Positions 34,499 through 46,300 of a stretch of 64,000 bases of DNA are shown here, piece after piece. Source of the DNA: Amphiscolops sp. MND2022 (lineage: Eukaryota); the NCBI GenBank assembly GCA_964187785.1, contig OZ076420.1:7502001-7566000 (forward strand). Reading direction: 5' to 3'. Made by a program: the position numbers and the translations under genes. Each line of letters begins with the position of its first letter. Position 1 is the stretch's first letter. The notes under the pieces are model-generated. The model was not told where the DNA came from. It ran no database searches and worked only from the letters and a program-made list of their open reading frames with translations.

Positions 34499-37400
34499 GT
34501 ACGTTGTCTTCGTTTTGGTTTGGTTTCATTCGTTCGTTCACTTCTTTCTATCGGTTACCTTATAGGAAAGTCGGTTTTTCTCAGGTGAATTTATCAACTT
34601 CAAATATTCGACCGCAATTCATTTTAATTGAAGTTCTTCGCGAAAGTCTTGCCATTTTGAACACACCAAGAAACTGCAACGAGAGCGTCTCAACTTGGCA
34701 TTCAGCTTAAAAGTGACTGAGGTTGACTGAAACCTTCAAAAAACACAAAACAATCATCTTTTACCTTTCATCCGAAGGTTTTTTAAAATTGGGAACAACA
34801 ACAGAAAATCTTTTGTTTAAATAACAGCCAACTTTTTGCCATAGGATCAAAAGTGACAGCAAATACACTTGATGTTACTGTCACAAAAACCGAAGATGAA
34901 ATTGATATGGACCTAACAAAAGCCGGCGGTGGGAATCTCAAAATTGACGCTAGCGCAGTTTTAACACCTGGTGATGTCGATGCTACTGTGGTCCCTGCAA
35001 TTGGCGCAGCAGCAGCAGCGGCCATTGATGTAACTTGGTCCAATTTGAATCCAAACACGGCATACAAAGTGGTCCTAACTAATGTGGTTGATGACGCGGA
35101 TAATCCTAATCCCCTCACATCAGATAACTCCGACGCAGCGGGAAAATATGAGGCCACCATTTGCACATGTAAGTTGAAGTCACTGTTTTCAACTGTTTTT
35201 GATCGACGAACTTCCATTGAAGAAAAAACAAGGATGCAAAGTCTCGGGAACAAAATTTTCATCCATCTGTAATGTTGTCAAGTTTGAAAACAAGAAAAAA
35301 CTCACTGGAGAAGCATGAGTTCCCAGAAATTTTGTTGTGGCTAAACGACAAATCATTGTTTGTTCAAATAGTTATCCGTGAGGCTTCGTTTACTTTTTAG
35401 TGCCTCAACCTATAACAGTTGGCTCAGTCGTGGACGCAAATACTAGCCTTACCCAAGTGAAAATTACATGGACAAACGTGGCATCATCAGGGGGTGTGGA
35501 AGTTGCCAGAGGTGCAACAAAGCAAGTGATCACAGATCCTACCGTGAACGAATACATCTTCACTGGTTTAACTGCAGGCGATCCTCAAATGTGTTTTGTG
35601 ACAACTTTAGGCAGCAATCTATGTTCTGCAGAAAAAGCAGCAACTGCAAAAACTATAGGTGAATGCGACACAAGAAGTAAGTAGGCTCAAAATACTTTTT
35701 ATTTTTAAAAGTCACTTTCTTGGAGAATTTATGTGACAACTGCTCGGAGTGATCAAGAGCTCGATCAAGATAAAGCTTGAAATCACAATCAACCTTCCGA
35801 ATTTCTTACTCCTCCGGTGGAATCGAAGTTATTTGGGGGCGCGATTCTGAAACAACGCTAACAGATCTTTCCGGGATTGAACCATTATTCTCAGAAAAAG
35901 CCCTCTGAACATTCCTTGTTACTGATAACTGTTGTACTTGCGACCTTGGAATCAAATAACCAAATATAAAACCAACTGTTAGTCCAAGTGGTTTGTGGGA
36001 TCTGTTGAATTGGATTTGTTAACTAAGGTCTTTCATTTAATTTTTTCAATTCCACTTTACGTCGTTTTTCCAACAGTGAACAAATCTGACAACCTCAGTC
36101 AGCTAGCATAACGGACTGATTGTTTGTTGTAGCTGAACTTAACGTTGTAAACAGTATTACCCACGACACAATCGACTTAGACCTAACAGCTGCTGGTGGC
36201 GGGAACGCCAAAGTTTCCACTAGCGCAATGTTAACACCTGGCGATATCCCTGCTACTATGGACCCTTCCGCAGTTGGCACTGCAGCAGCGGACATTGATG
36301 TAACTTGGTCCAGTTTGACTCCAAACACAAAATACACAGTAACGATAACTAGTGTGCTTGACGCCAACGATAAACCCCTCTTAACAGCATCTGATTCCGA
36401 CTTATCAGGAACATATTCCGCTGTCTTTTGCACATGTAAGCTGAGATCACAATTCTTTTTTTGTACTTTTGATTAATGAATTTCCATTGTTGAAACAGCG
36501 AGAAAACAAAGTCTCAAGAATACCAGTTTTAGTTATGCGTAAGGCTGTCAAAGAGAAGAAGCTCTCGCGATAAAAACAAACAGTGTAAATTTTGGTTTCA
36601 ATGAAATGTTACAATAACTAAACGACCAATGAGTGTTTTATCGGCTATCTCTGACGCTTTGTTCTCGTTTCTAGTGCCACAAGATATTGTTGTCGCTGAT
36701 GTTGTGGACGCAGAAACTAACTCAACCCAAGTTAAAATTAGCTGGACCAATGTGCCACCATCAGGGGGTGTAACAATTGTCAGAGCTTCAGAAACTGTAG
36801 AGATCACAGATCCCACTGTTACTGAACACGTCTTCACTGGTTTATCTGCGGGCGACACTCAAAGTTGTTCTGTGACTAATAAAGGCAGCGGTTACTGTAT
36901 TGCGAAAAATGCAGCAACTCCAAAGATTATAAATTGCGACACGAAACGTAAGTACTCTCACGTCATTTTTTCAAATCTTGCGGAGAAAAATCACGGTTTT
37001 GAAAATTAGCAATCTGCGATTAGTGTTTCCTGAAGTTAGTTAGTGGGTCCGTAGCAAACTGATGAACAAATAAAAAAATTGACTCACAAGACAAGGATTT
37101 GAAAATATTCTAACCATTGGTGAAACTTAACAGACACAGACTTGGTGGTTGCCGAGACAGTTACCACGAATAAAATAACTTTGGTGTACACTTTGGCTAA
37201 TAACCAGCAGTTCGCGATTGGAACCAACGTCTTGACTCAAGGGGTAAACCCTGTTTCTGGCACTGGTAACGATGGAACCACCCCAGCTGCCTCTCATACG
37301 TTCACATGGGACAACTTGGATGCAAATACCAGATACGATCTGACTCTAGGGAATGTTGCCGATGCGACCAATACTGTCTATGGGAGTAAATCTTGGGTCT

Positions 37401-38088
37401 ATTGCACAAGTTCGTATCAAAACTTAAGTGAATCTTAAAACTCCATTTTTTCTTTTCCTTCCGAAGTTTTTGTTTCAGAACCTGAAGCAGCAACTGCTGC
37501 TAGTGATCAAGGGTTAGTTGATGCAACAACTAATGAAATCACAATCAAATGGACTAATCCTTCCTCTCAGGTTGGTGGAATCAAAGTTTCTTGGGGGACT
37601 GATTTCGAAACAACACTGACAGATTCTACCCTGACAGAATATACCTTCAAAGAGAGTGCTCCGGGAACACCTTTGGTTGCTGGTCAGTCAGGTACTTGCA
37701 AAATTTACATTGTGGGAAGCGGCGCATGCGCTGGGTCGGAATCAGATGCCCTGGAAATTGTCGATTGTAACACCAAGAGTTAGTGCAAAGTTTTTCTACT
37801 AGCATTTTATTTTTCGAATTCAACTTTATAGGCATCGTTGCAAATTGTTTTTTTAAAAAAATTAATAATTCAGGGCTGCAATTACAGTACTTCGGGTTGC
37901 TATGGAGATATATTAACCTAACAAAAACTACTGTGAGAAATGTTATGCTTCTCAACGTCCACTCCGCTAGGTTGAGGAAATTGGGACATACAATTTTTTC
38001 CACTTTCCTGTTTTCAGGCTCTGTAACCAGATTTGAGTTATCCATCAGTTTATTGCTGCTGAACCTTGTACGAGGATTGCATCGTTAG
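34432..38088 (+). CDS. Secreted/putatively GPI-anchored protein with six FN3-like domains; exons 34432-34498, 34845-35168, 35401-35676, 36133-36435, 36675-36947, 37134-37409, 37479-37778, 38018-38088; 629 aa
   Basis: The exons sum to 1890 nt; all introns are GT-AG and phase 1. Signal peptide MTSVTASKRKTLLLIISLVFLAG; FN3 hallmarks WSNLNPNTAY, WSSLTPNTKY, WDNLDANTRY and KITWTN/FTGL; hydrophobic tail SSVTRFELSISLLLLNLVRGLHR*. Confidence 0.85.
34845..35168 (+). CDS. FN3 gene exon 2 (domain A1)
   Basis: CATAG acceptor, GTAAGT donor, VTWSNLNPNTAYKV. Confidence 0.9.
35401..35676 (+). CDS. FN3 gene exon 3 (domain B1)
   Basis: TTTTAG acceptor, GTAAGT donor, KITWTN...FTGLTAG. Confidence 0.9.
35735..35930 (+). 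pseudogene. Decayed pseudo-exon, copy of exon 7 (domain B3), inside intron 3
   Basis: agtgatcaag..gaaatcacaatcaa..ggtggaatcgaagttatttggggg..gaaacaacgctaacagat matches 37500-37625 with indels. Confidence 0.7.
36133..36435 (+). CDS. FN3 gene exon 4 (domain A2)
   Basis: GTAG acceptor, GTAAGC donor, paralogous to exon 2. Confidence 0.9.
36675..36947 (+). CDS. FN3 gene exon 5 (domain B2)
   Basis: TTTCTAG acceptor, GTAAGT donor, paralogous to exon 3. Confidence 0.9.
37134..37409 (+). CDS. FN3 gene exon 6 (domain A3)
   Basis: AACAG acceptor (37140 is an in-frame alternative start), GTTCGT donor, TWDNLDANTRYDL...YCT. Confidence 0.85.
37479..37778 (+). CDS. FN3 gene exon 7 (domain B3)
   Basis: TTTCAG acceptor, GTTAGT donor; open frame PEAATAASDQG...ITIKWTN...IVDCNTK (absent from the ORF track because it has no start codon). 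Confidence 0.85.
38018..38088 (+). CDS. FN3 gene exon 8 (hydrophobic C-terminal tail)
   Basis: Strong polypyrimidine TTTTCAG acceptor, phase 1 compatible, TAG stop. Confidence 0.6.
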
Positions 38089-38605
38089 CACAATCTGAAA
38101 GAAGTCTTGTAGCACGAGCGGTATAACGACTCACAGAATGATTTACGAACCAAATTCTTCAACTGGGTCTCCACCAACATGAATTGCTTCTTCTGTTCTT
38201 CAAAAAAACCTTTCCTGACCAACATTTCGAAATATGAATTTAATATTACAATCTTAAAAAATAAATTTACATGAAATGTTTCTGTAATGTGTGCTTAAAA
38301 TGCTCAATCAACCCGGATTTTGCGCAACCTCAAACCAAATTTTTTAACCAATAAAAAGTTCAAGTTTTGCGTTTTTGGGAGGTTTTTTTGCAAACCCTGG
38401 GTGTATGCTAAACTCTGTACAAACTCAAAAGAGTAATTGAATATATGAAAACTGTATATAACAACTGAAGAAAGAGACAAATGAATTTACTTGTACCGAA
38501 TAATGGTTTTTTAGTTGGAAAAACAAAACTGTAGTGATGACAGAGAAACACAAGAATAGAAACCGTCAGACATATTTTGACGAATAAACAAATGAATAGA
38601 TGGAA

Positions 38606-38845
38606 NNNNNNNNNNNNNNNNNNNNNNNNNNNNNNNNNNNNNNNNNNNNNNNNNNNNNNNNNNNNNNNNNNNNNNNNNNNNNNNNNNNNNNNNNNNNNNN
38701 NNNNNNNNNNNNNNNNNNNNNNNNNNNNNNNNNNNNNNNNNNNNNNNNNNNNNNNNNNNNNNNNNNNNNNNNNNNNNNNNNNNNNNNNNNNNNNNNNNNN
38801 NNNNNNNNNNNNNNNNNNNNNNNNNNNNNNNNNNNNNNNNNNNNN
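38606..38845. other. N run (240 nt), gap or masked (GATA)n-like repeat
   Basis: Flanks atagatgga / gagatagataaataaataga. Confidence 0.8.
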
Positions 38846-40324
38846 AGTGAGAGATAGATAAATAAATAGATGGTGAGATATAGCAAGATAATACCCCTTG
38901 AAACGATTTTGATGTACGAGTTTGAGTCAGACTTTTTTTCAACTCTTTCAAGTTCCAGAAAGCGTAACTGCAAACTTTTTGGTCTCGTTTGGACTTTGAT
39001 TTATGTTATCGATAGAACCCATCAGTTGAAGCACTTTTGACGACTAGTACAAATCTACAAAAAAAAGTTTGTTGCGTCACCTCTCTTCAATTACCTTACA
39101 TAATCAGCCTGAAGGTTCACAAGCGGTATAGGATGTTCGCTCCAATTGATTTAATTCTATTCTACAGCCTTTAGGGGACCAACCAGGCATGCTGGTGTTT
39201 CTTATAGTTTTTCTTATACATTTTGTTATTGCTGTTCAGCTTTTAGTTTTTTAAACGCGTCTTCTCAACTCCCCTTACTGCATTTTTCTACTATTAGCTT
39301 GTGTCGGCAACTTCAAAAGTCAACTCTAGATGGCGGCCATCTCAGATTTCGCTTGATTGCCCAATTTATCTTAAACTGCATCAATTGCGGTGCAAGTTTC
39401 TACCTAATTTGTTTTTATATCTTAAATGTACTTTGTATGGGCCGCAGCTGGACTCACTGACGCCTCGTCACTTTGTGTCACTGAATGATCAATATTATAC
39501 TATATTTTCATGAAGTGTTTGTTCGTGGGTTCAGTTTCATGTTTTGAAAAATATGAAAAATGTACATCTTCGTCCTAAATCCTAAGGATCGTTGCGTCCC
39601 AAAGAATACTAAAACTTTGAAACAAAATGTAAACCGAGATTTCATCCGAAAACACAAATTATTGATTTACTGGAAAACAAAGTTGGTAGTCGTAAAACAC
39701 TTGTTGATGTTCCACAAACAACTCTATCGCTCGGTTTTGGAAAGAAATTGATAAAGTAATCAAATAAATCTCCTCCACGGTGCGCATCATGATTTTGACG
39801 TAACACCAGTGACTAAAGAAACAACTGTTCATCATCTCTTCAGAATGCTTTTCTTGCCATTCTTTTTGTACTTAAACGGTATCGAGGGTTTAAATTACAA
39901 CTTGAAAAAAAGAGATATCAAACTGCACCCTGAAATGGTGACTTTGTATCAAACGTTGTATATTGATATATCTGTTTCTATATAAATGAATATGTGGGAC
40001 TCCGGGCCACTTTTGAAGTCGTCCCTTTCCATGAGTAGAGTTTGTTCTTCAAACTCTATGGTTGCAATTTTTTTGTGGAAAACTGTTTGAATTGCCGAGA
40101 AAGTTAATACTTTGCGCGTAATAAACATGGACAGCATAAGTAATAAAACTCTCTGAAGTGTTGATTGCGGTCATTTTTCGGTCCATTTCTGTCGCTGAAA
40201 TTAACTCTCGAGTGTCATTTTAAATGAAGTGAGGCCATCTTTCCTTTTACAGGGCTTGAAAACAGCTTTGACAGGAGCTGATTGGCCGGCATTTTGCAGG
40301 CGATCCTCATCGTGCTTTCGAACG

Positions 40325-43300
40325 TGACACCAGATTGAAGCAAACTGCTAGAGTTAGTTGTTGACAACTAAGGTTGTCTGGATATAAAAAGTTGGTAGCT
40401 ATCGGACTACAGTTTTCGGTCTTCAACAACAGTCAGATGGGATAATTACTTGGAACTGTTTTTCGCAGCACAAACTTGACACCAGATGGAAGCAAAATGC
40501 TAGAGATAGTTGTCGGCAACTAGTTTTATCTGGACATGAAAATTCGGAAGCTATCGGGCAAGAGTTTTCGGTATTGAACGTTTGTCAGTTAAGATATTTT
40601 CCGGGATCTGTGTTTCGTACCACAATTTGGAGACCAGATGAAAGCATATTGCTATAGAGGTAGTTCTCGTGAATCAGTGTTATCTGGACATGAAAATTCG
40701 GTAGCTATCGGACTACAGTTTTTGGTCTTCAACAACAGTCAGATGGGACCATTACCTGGATCTGTTTTTCGCAGCACAAACTTGACACCAGATGGAAGCG
40801 AAATGCTATAGAGGTAGTGGTCGGCAACTAGTTTTATCTGGACTTGAGAATTGGGAAGCTATCGGGCTAGAGTTTTCCGTCTTGAACGTTAGTCAGTGAA
40901 GATACTTTCCTGGATCTGTGTTTCGTACCACAATTTGGGGACCAGATGAAAGCATTTTTCTATAGAGGTAGTTGTTGGGAATCAGTTTTACCTGAACATG
41001 AAAATTCTCTAGCTATCGGACTACAGTTTTCAGTCTTCAACAACAAACAAATGGGATAATTACTTGGATCTGTTTTTCGCAGCACAAACTTGACACCAGA
41101 TGGAAGCAAAATGCTAGAGGTAGTTGTCGGCGACTAGTTCTATCTGGACATGAACATTTGGAAGGTATCTGGCTAGAGTTTTCCGTCCTAAACATTACCG
41201 AGTCAAGACACTTTCTTCCAGTACCTGTGTTTCTTACCACAATGTTAAGACCAGCTTAAAGCATATTGCTAACGAGGTAGTTGTTGGGTATGAATTTCTC
41301 TGGACATGCAATTTCGGTAGCTATCGGACTACAGTTTCCGGTCTTCAACAACGGTCATATCGGACAATTACCTGGATCTGTTTTTTGCAGAACAAACTTC
41401 ACACCAGATGTAACCAAAATGCTATAGTGGTAGTGGTCGGCAACTAGTTTTATCTGGACATGAAAATTCGGTAGCTATCGGACTACAGTTTTTGGTCTTC
41501 AACAACAGTCAGATGGGACCATTACTTGGATCTGTTTTTCGCAGCACAAACTTGACACCAGATGGAAGCGAAATGCTATAGAGGTAGTGGTCGGCAACTA
41601 GTTTTATCTGGACTTGAAATTTGGGAAGCTATCGGGCTAGAGTTTTCCGTCTTAACCGTTAGTCAGTGAAGATATTTTCAAGAATCTGTGTTTCGTACTG
41701 CAATTTGGACACCAGATGAAAGCATATTGCACTAGAGGTAGTTGCCGGGAATCAGTGTTAACAGGACACAAAAATTCGGTAGCTATTGGACTACAGTTTT
41801 TTGTCTTCAACAACAGTCAGATGGGACAATCACTTGGATCTGCTTTTCGCAGAACAAACTTGACACCAGATGGAAGCGAAATACCATAGAGGTAGTGGTT
41901 GGCAACTAGTTTTATCTGGACATGAAAATTCGGAAGCTATCGGGCTAGAATTTTCCTTCTTAAACGTTAGTCAGTTAAGATTTTTTCCAGGATCTGTGTT
42001 TCGTACCACAATTTGGACACCAGATGAAAGCATACTGCAATAGAGGTAGTTGCCGGGAGTTAGTGTTAACTGGACATAAAAATTCGGTAGCTATCAGACT
42101 ACAGTTTTTTGTCTTCAACAACAATCAGATGGGACAATTCCTTGGATCTGTTTTTCGCAGCACAAACTTGACACCAGATGGAAGCGAAATGCTATAGAGG
42201 TAGTGGTCGGCAACTAGTTGTATCTGGACATGAAAATTCGGAAGCTATCGGGCTAGAGGTTTTCCGTCTTGAACGTTAGTCAGTGAAGATATTTTCCTGA
42301 ATCTGTGTTTCGTACCACAATTTGAACACCAGATGAAAGCATATTTCAAAAGAGGTAGTTGCCGGGAATTAGTGTTAACTGGACATAAAAATTCTGTAGT
42401 CATCAGACTATAGCTTTTTGTCTTCAACAACAATCAGATGGGACAATTTCTTGGATCTGTTTTTCGCAGCACAAACTTGACACCAGATGGAAGCGAATGC
42501 TATAGAGGTAGTGGTCGGCAACTAGTTTTATCTGGACATGAAAATTCGGAAGCTATCGGGCTAGAGGTTGTCCGTCTTGAACGTTAGTCAGAGAAGATAT
42601 TTTCCTGGATCTGTGCTTCGTACCACAATTTGGGGACCAGATGAAAGCATTTTGTTATAGAGGTATTTGTCGGAATCAGTTTTATCTGAACATGAACATT
42701 TTGTAGCTATCGGACTACAGTTTTCAATCTTCAACAACAGTCAAATTGGATAATTACTTGGATCTGTTTTCCGCAGCACAATTTTGACATCAGATGGAAG
42801 CAAAATGCAAGAGGTAGTTGTCGGCATCTAGTTTTATCTGGACATGTGAATTCGAAAGCTATCGGACTAGAGTTTTGCGTCTTAAACGTTAGTCAGCTAA
42901 GATATTTTCTAGGATCTGTATTTTCTTCCGCCACTTGGTGACCAGATGAAAGCAATTTGCTATAGAGGTAGTTGCCGGGAATCAGTTTTATCTGGATATG
43001 AAATTTCGGTAGCTATCGGACTACAGTTTTCAGTCTTCAACAACAGTCAGATGGAATAATTACTTGGATCAGTTTTCCGCAGCGCAAACTTGACACAAGA
43101 TGGAAGCAAATTGCTAAGGAGTTAATTGTCGGCGACTAGTTCTATCTGGACATGAACGTTCGGAAGGTATCTGGCTAGAGTTTTCCGTCCTAAACATTAC
43201 TGAGTCAAGACATTTTCTTCCAGTACCTGTGTTTCTTACCACAATGTTGAGACCAGATTAAAGCATATTGCTAACGAGGTAGTTGTTGGAGATGATTTTT

Positions 43301-46300
43301 TCTGGACATGCAAATTCGGTAGCTATCGGACTACAGTTTTAAGTCTTCAACAACGGTCAAATCGGTCAAATACCTGGATCCGTTTTTCGCAGCACAAACT
43401 TCACACCAGATGGAAGCAAAATGCTGTAGAGGTAGTGGTGGGCAACTAGTTTTATCTGGACATGAAAATTTGGAAGCTAACGGGCTAGAGTTTTCCGTCT
43501 TAAACGTTAGTCAGTTGAGATATTTTCCAGGATCTGTGTTTCTAACCACAAATTGGACACCAGATGAAAGCATATTGCAATAGAGGTAGTTGCCGGGAAT
43601 TAGTGTTAACTGGACATAAAAATTCGGTAGCTATCGGACTACAGTTTTTTGTGTTCAACAACATTCGGATGGGACGATTACTTGGATCTGTTTTTCGCAG
43701 CACAAACTTGACACCAGATGGAAGCGAAATGCTTTAGAGGTAGTGGTCGGCAACTAGTTTTATCTGGACATGAAAATTCGGAAGCTATCGGTCTAGAATA
43801 TTCCGTCTTAAACGTTAGTCAGTTAATATATTTTCCTGTATCTGTGTTTCGTACCACAATTTGGAGACCAGATGAAAGCATTTTGCTATAGAGGTGGTTG
43901 TCGTGAACATTTTCATCTGAACATGAAACTTCTGTAGCTATCGGACTACAGTTTTCAGTCTTCAACAACAGTCAAATGGGATAATTACTTGGATCTGTTT
44001 TTCGCAGCAAAATTTTGACACCAGATGGACGCATACTGCTGTAGCGATAGTTGTCGGGAATCTGATTTATCTGGTCATGAAAATTCGGTAGCTATCGGAC
44101 TACAGTTTTCCGTCTTCAAGAACAGTCAAATGGGATACTTACTTGGATCTGTTTTCCGCAGCACAAACTTGACATCAGATGGAAGCAAAATGCAAGAGGT
44201 AGTTGTCGGCATCTAGTTTTATCTGGACATGTAAATTCGAAAGCTGTCGGACTAGAGGTTTGCGTCTTAAACGTTAGTCAGCTAAGATATTTTCTAGGAT
44301 CTGTATTTTCTTCCGCCACTTGGTGACCAGATGAAAGCAATTCGCTATAGAGGTAGTTGCCGGGAATCAGTTTTATCTGGATATGAAAATTCGGTAGCTA
44401 TCGGACTACAGTTTTCAGTCTTCAACAACAGTCAAATGTGATATTTACTTGGATCTGTTTTCCGCAGGACAAACTTGACACAAGATAGAAGCAAATTGCT
44501 AAGGAGTTAATTGTCGGCGACTAGTTTTATCTGGACATGAACGTTCGGAAGGTATCTGGCTAGAGTTTTCCGTCCTAAACAACACTGAGTCAAGACATTT
44601 TCTTCCAGTACCTGTGTTTCTTACCACAATGTTGAGACCAGATTAAAGCATATTGCTAACGAGGTAGTTGTTGGGGATAATTTTTTCTGGACATGCAAAT
44701 TCGGTAGCTATCGGACTACAGTTTTAAGTCTTCAACAACGGTCAAATCGGACAATTACCTGGATCCGTTTTTCGCAGCACAAACTTCACACCAGATGGAA
44801 GCAAAATGCTTTAAAGGTATTGGTCGGCAACTAGTTTTATCTGGACATGAATTTTCGGAAGCTATCGGGCTAGAGTTTTCCGTCTTAAACGTTAGTCAGT
44901 TGAGATATTTTCCAGGATCTGTGTTTCTAACCACAAATTGGACACCAGATGAAAGCATATTGCGATAGAGGTAGTTGCCGGGAATTAGCGTTAACTGGAC
45001 ATAAAAATTCGGTAGCTATCGGACTACAGTTTTTTGTGTTCAACAACAGTCGGATGGGACGATTACTTGGATCTGTTTTTCGCAGCACAAACTTGACACA
45101 AGATGGAAGCGAAATGCTTTAGAGGTAGTTGTCGGCAACTAGTTTTATCTGGACGTGAAAATTCGGAAGCTATCGGTCTAGAATTTTCCGTCTTAAACGT
45201 TAGTCAGTTAGGATATTTTCCTGTATCTGAGTTTCGTAACACAATTTGGAGACCAGATGAAAGCATTTTGCTATAGAGGTAGTTGTCGGGAATGAGTTTT
45301 ATCTGGTCATGAAAATTCGAAGCTATCGGACTACAGTTTTCGGTCTTCAACAACAGTCAAATGGGACAATTACTTGGATCTGTTTTTCGCAGCACAACCC
45401 TGACACCAGATGGACGCAATGTGCTGTAGCGATAGTTGTCGGGAATGAGGTTTGTCTGGTCATGCAAATTCGGTAGGTATCAGACTACAGTTTTCGGTCT
45501 TCAACAACAGTCAAATGGGACAATTACTTGGATCTGTTATTAGCAGCACAAATTTGACACCAGATGGAGGCAAAATGCTAGAGGTAGTTGTCGGCAACTA
45601 GTTTCATCTGGACATGGAAATTCGAAAGCTATCGGACTAGAGTTTCGCGTCTTAAACGTTAGTCAGTTAGCATATTTTCCAGTACCTGTGCTCATTACCA
45701 CAATGTTGAGACCAGATAAAAGCATAATGCTAAAAAAGTAGTTGTGGATTGAGTTTTTCTGGACATGCGAATTCGGTAGCTATCGGACTACAGTTTTTTG
45801 TCTTCAACAACAGTCAAATGGGACAATTACTTGGATCTGTTATTAGCAGCACAAACTTGACACCAGATGGAGGCCAAATGCTAGAGGTAGTTGTCGGCAA
45901 CTAGTTTTATCTGGACATGAAAATTCGGAAGCAATCGGGCTAGATTTTTCCGTCTTAAACGTTAGTCAGTTAGGATATTTGCCTGTATCTGTGTTTCGAA
46001 CCACAATTTGGAGTCCAGATGAAAACATTTTGCTATAGAAGTAGTTGTCGGGAATCAGTTTTATCTGAACATGAAAATTCTGTAGCTATCGGACTACAGT
46101 TTTCAGTCTCCAACAACAGTCAAATGGGATAAATACTTGGATCTGGTTTTCGCAGCACAATGTTGACACCAGATGGACACAAACTGCTGTAGCAATAGTT
46201 GTCGGGAATGAGTTTTCTCTGATCATGAAAATTCGGTAGCTATCGGACTACAGTTTTCGGTCTTCAACAACAGTCAAATGGGACAATTACTTGTAACTGT

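Noticed and set aside
33721-38973. ORFs containing long X runs near 33.7 kb and 38.5-39 kb
   Set aside because: Artefacts of translation through N runs.
38100-40320. Further FN3-gene exons or another gene
   Set aside because: No open frame with FN3, TM or other recognisable motifs flanked by splice signals was found.
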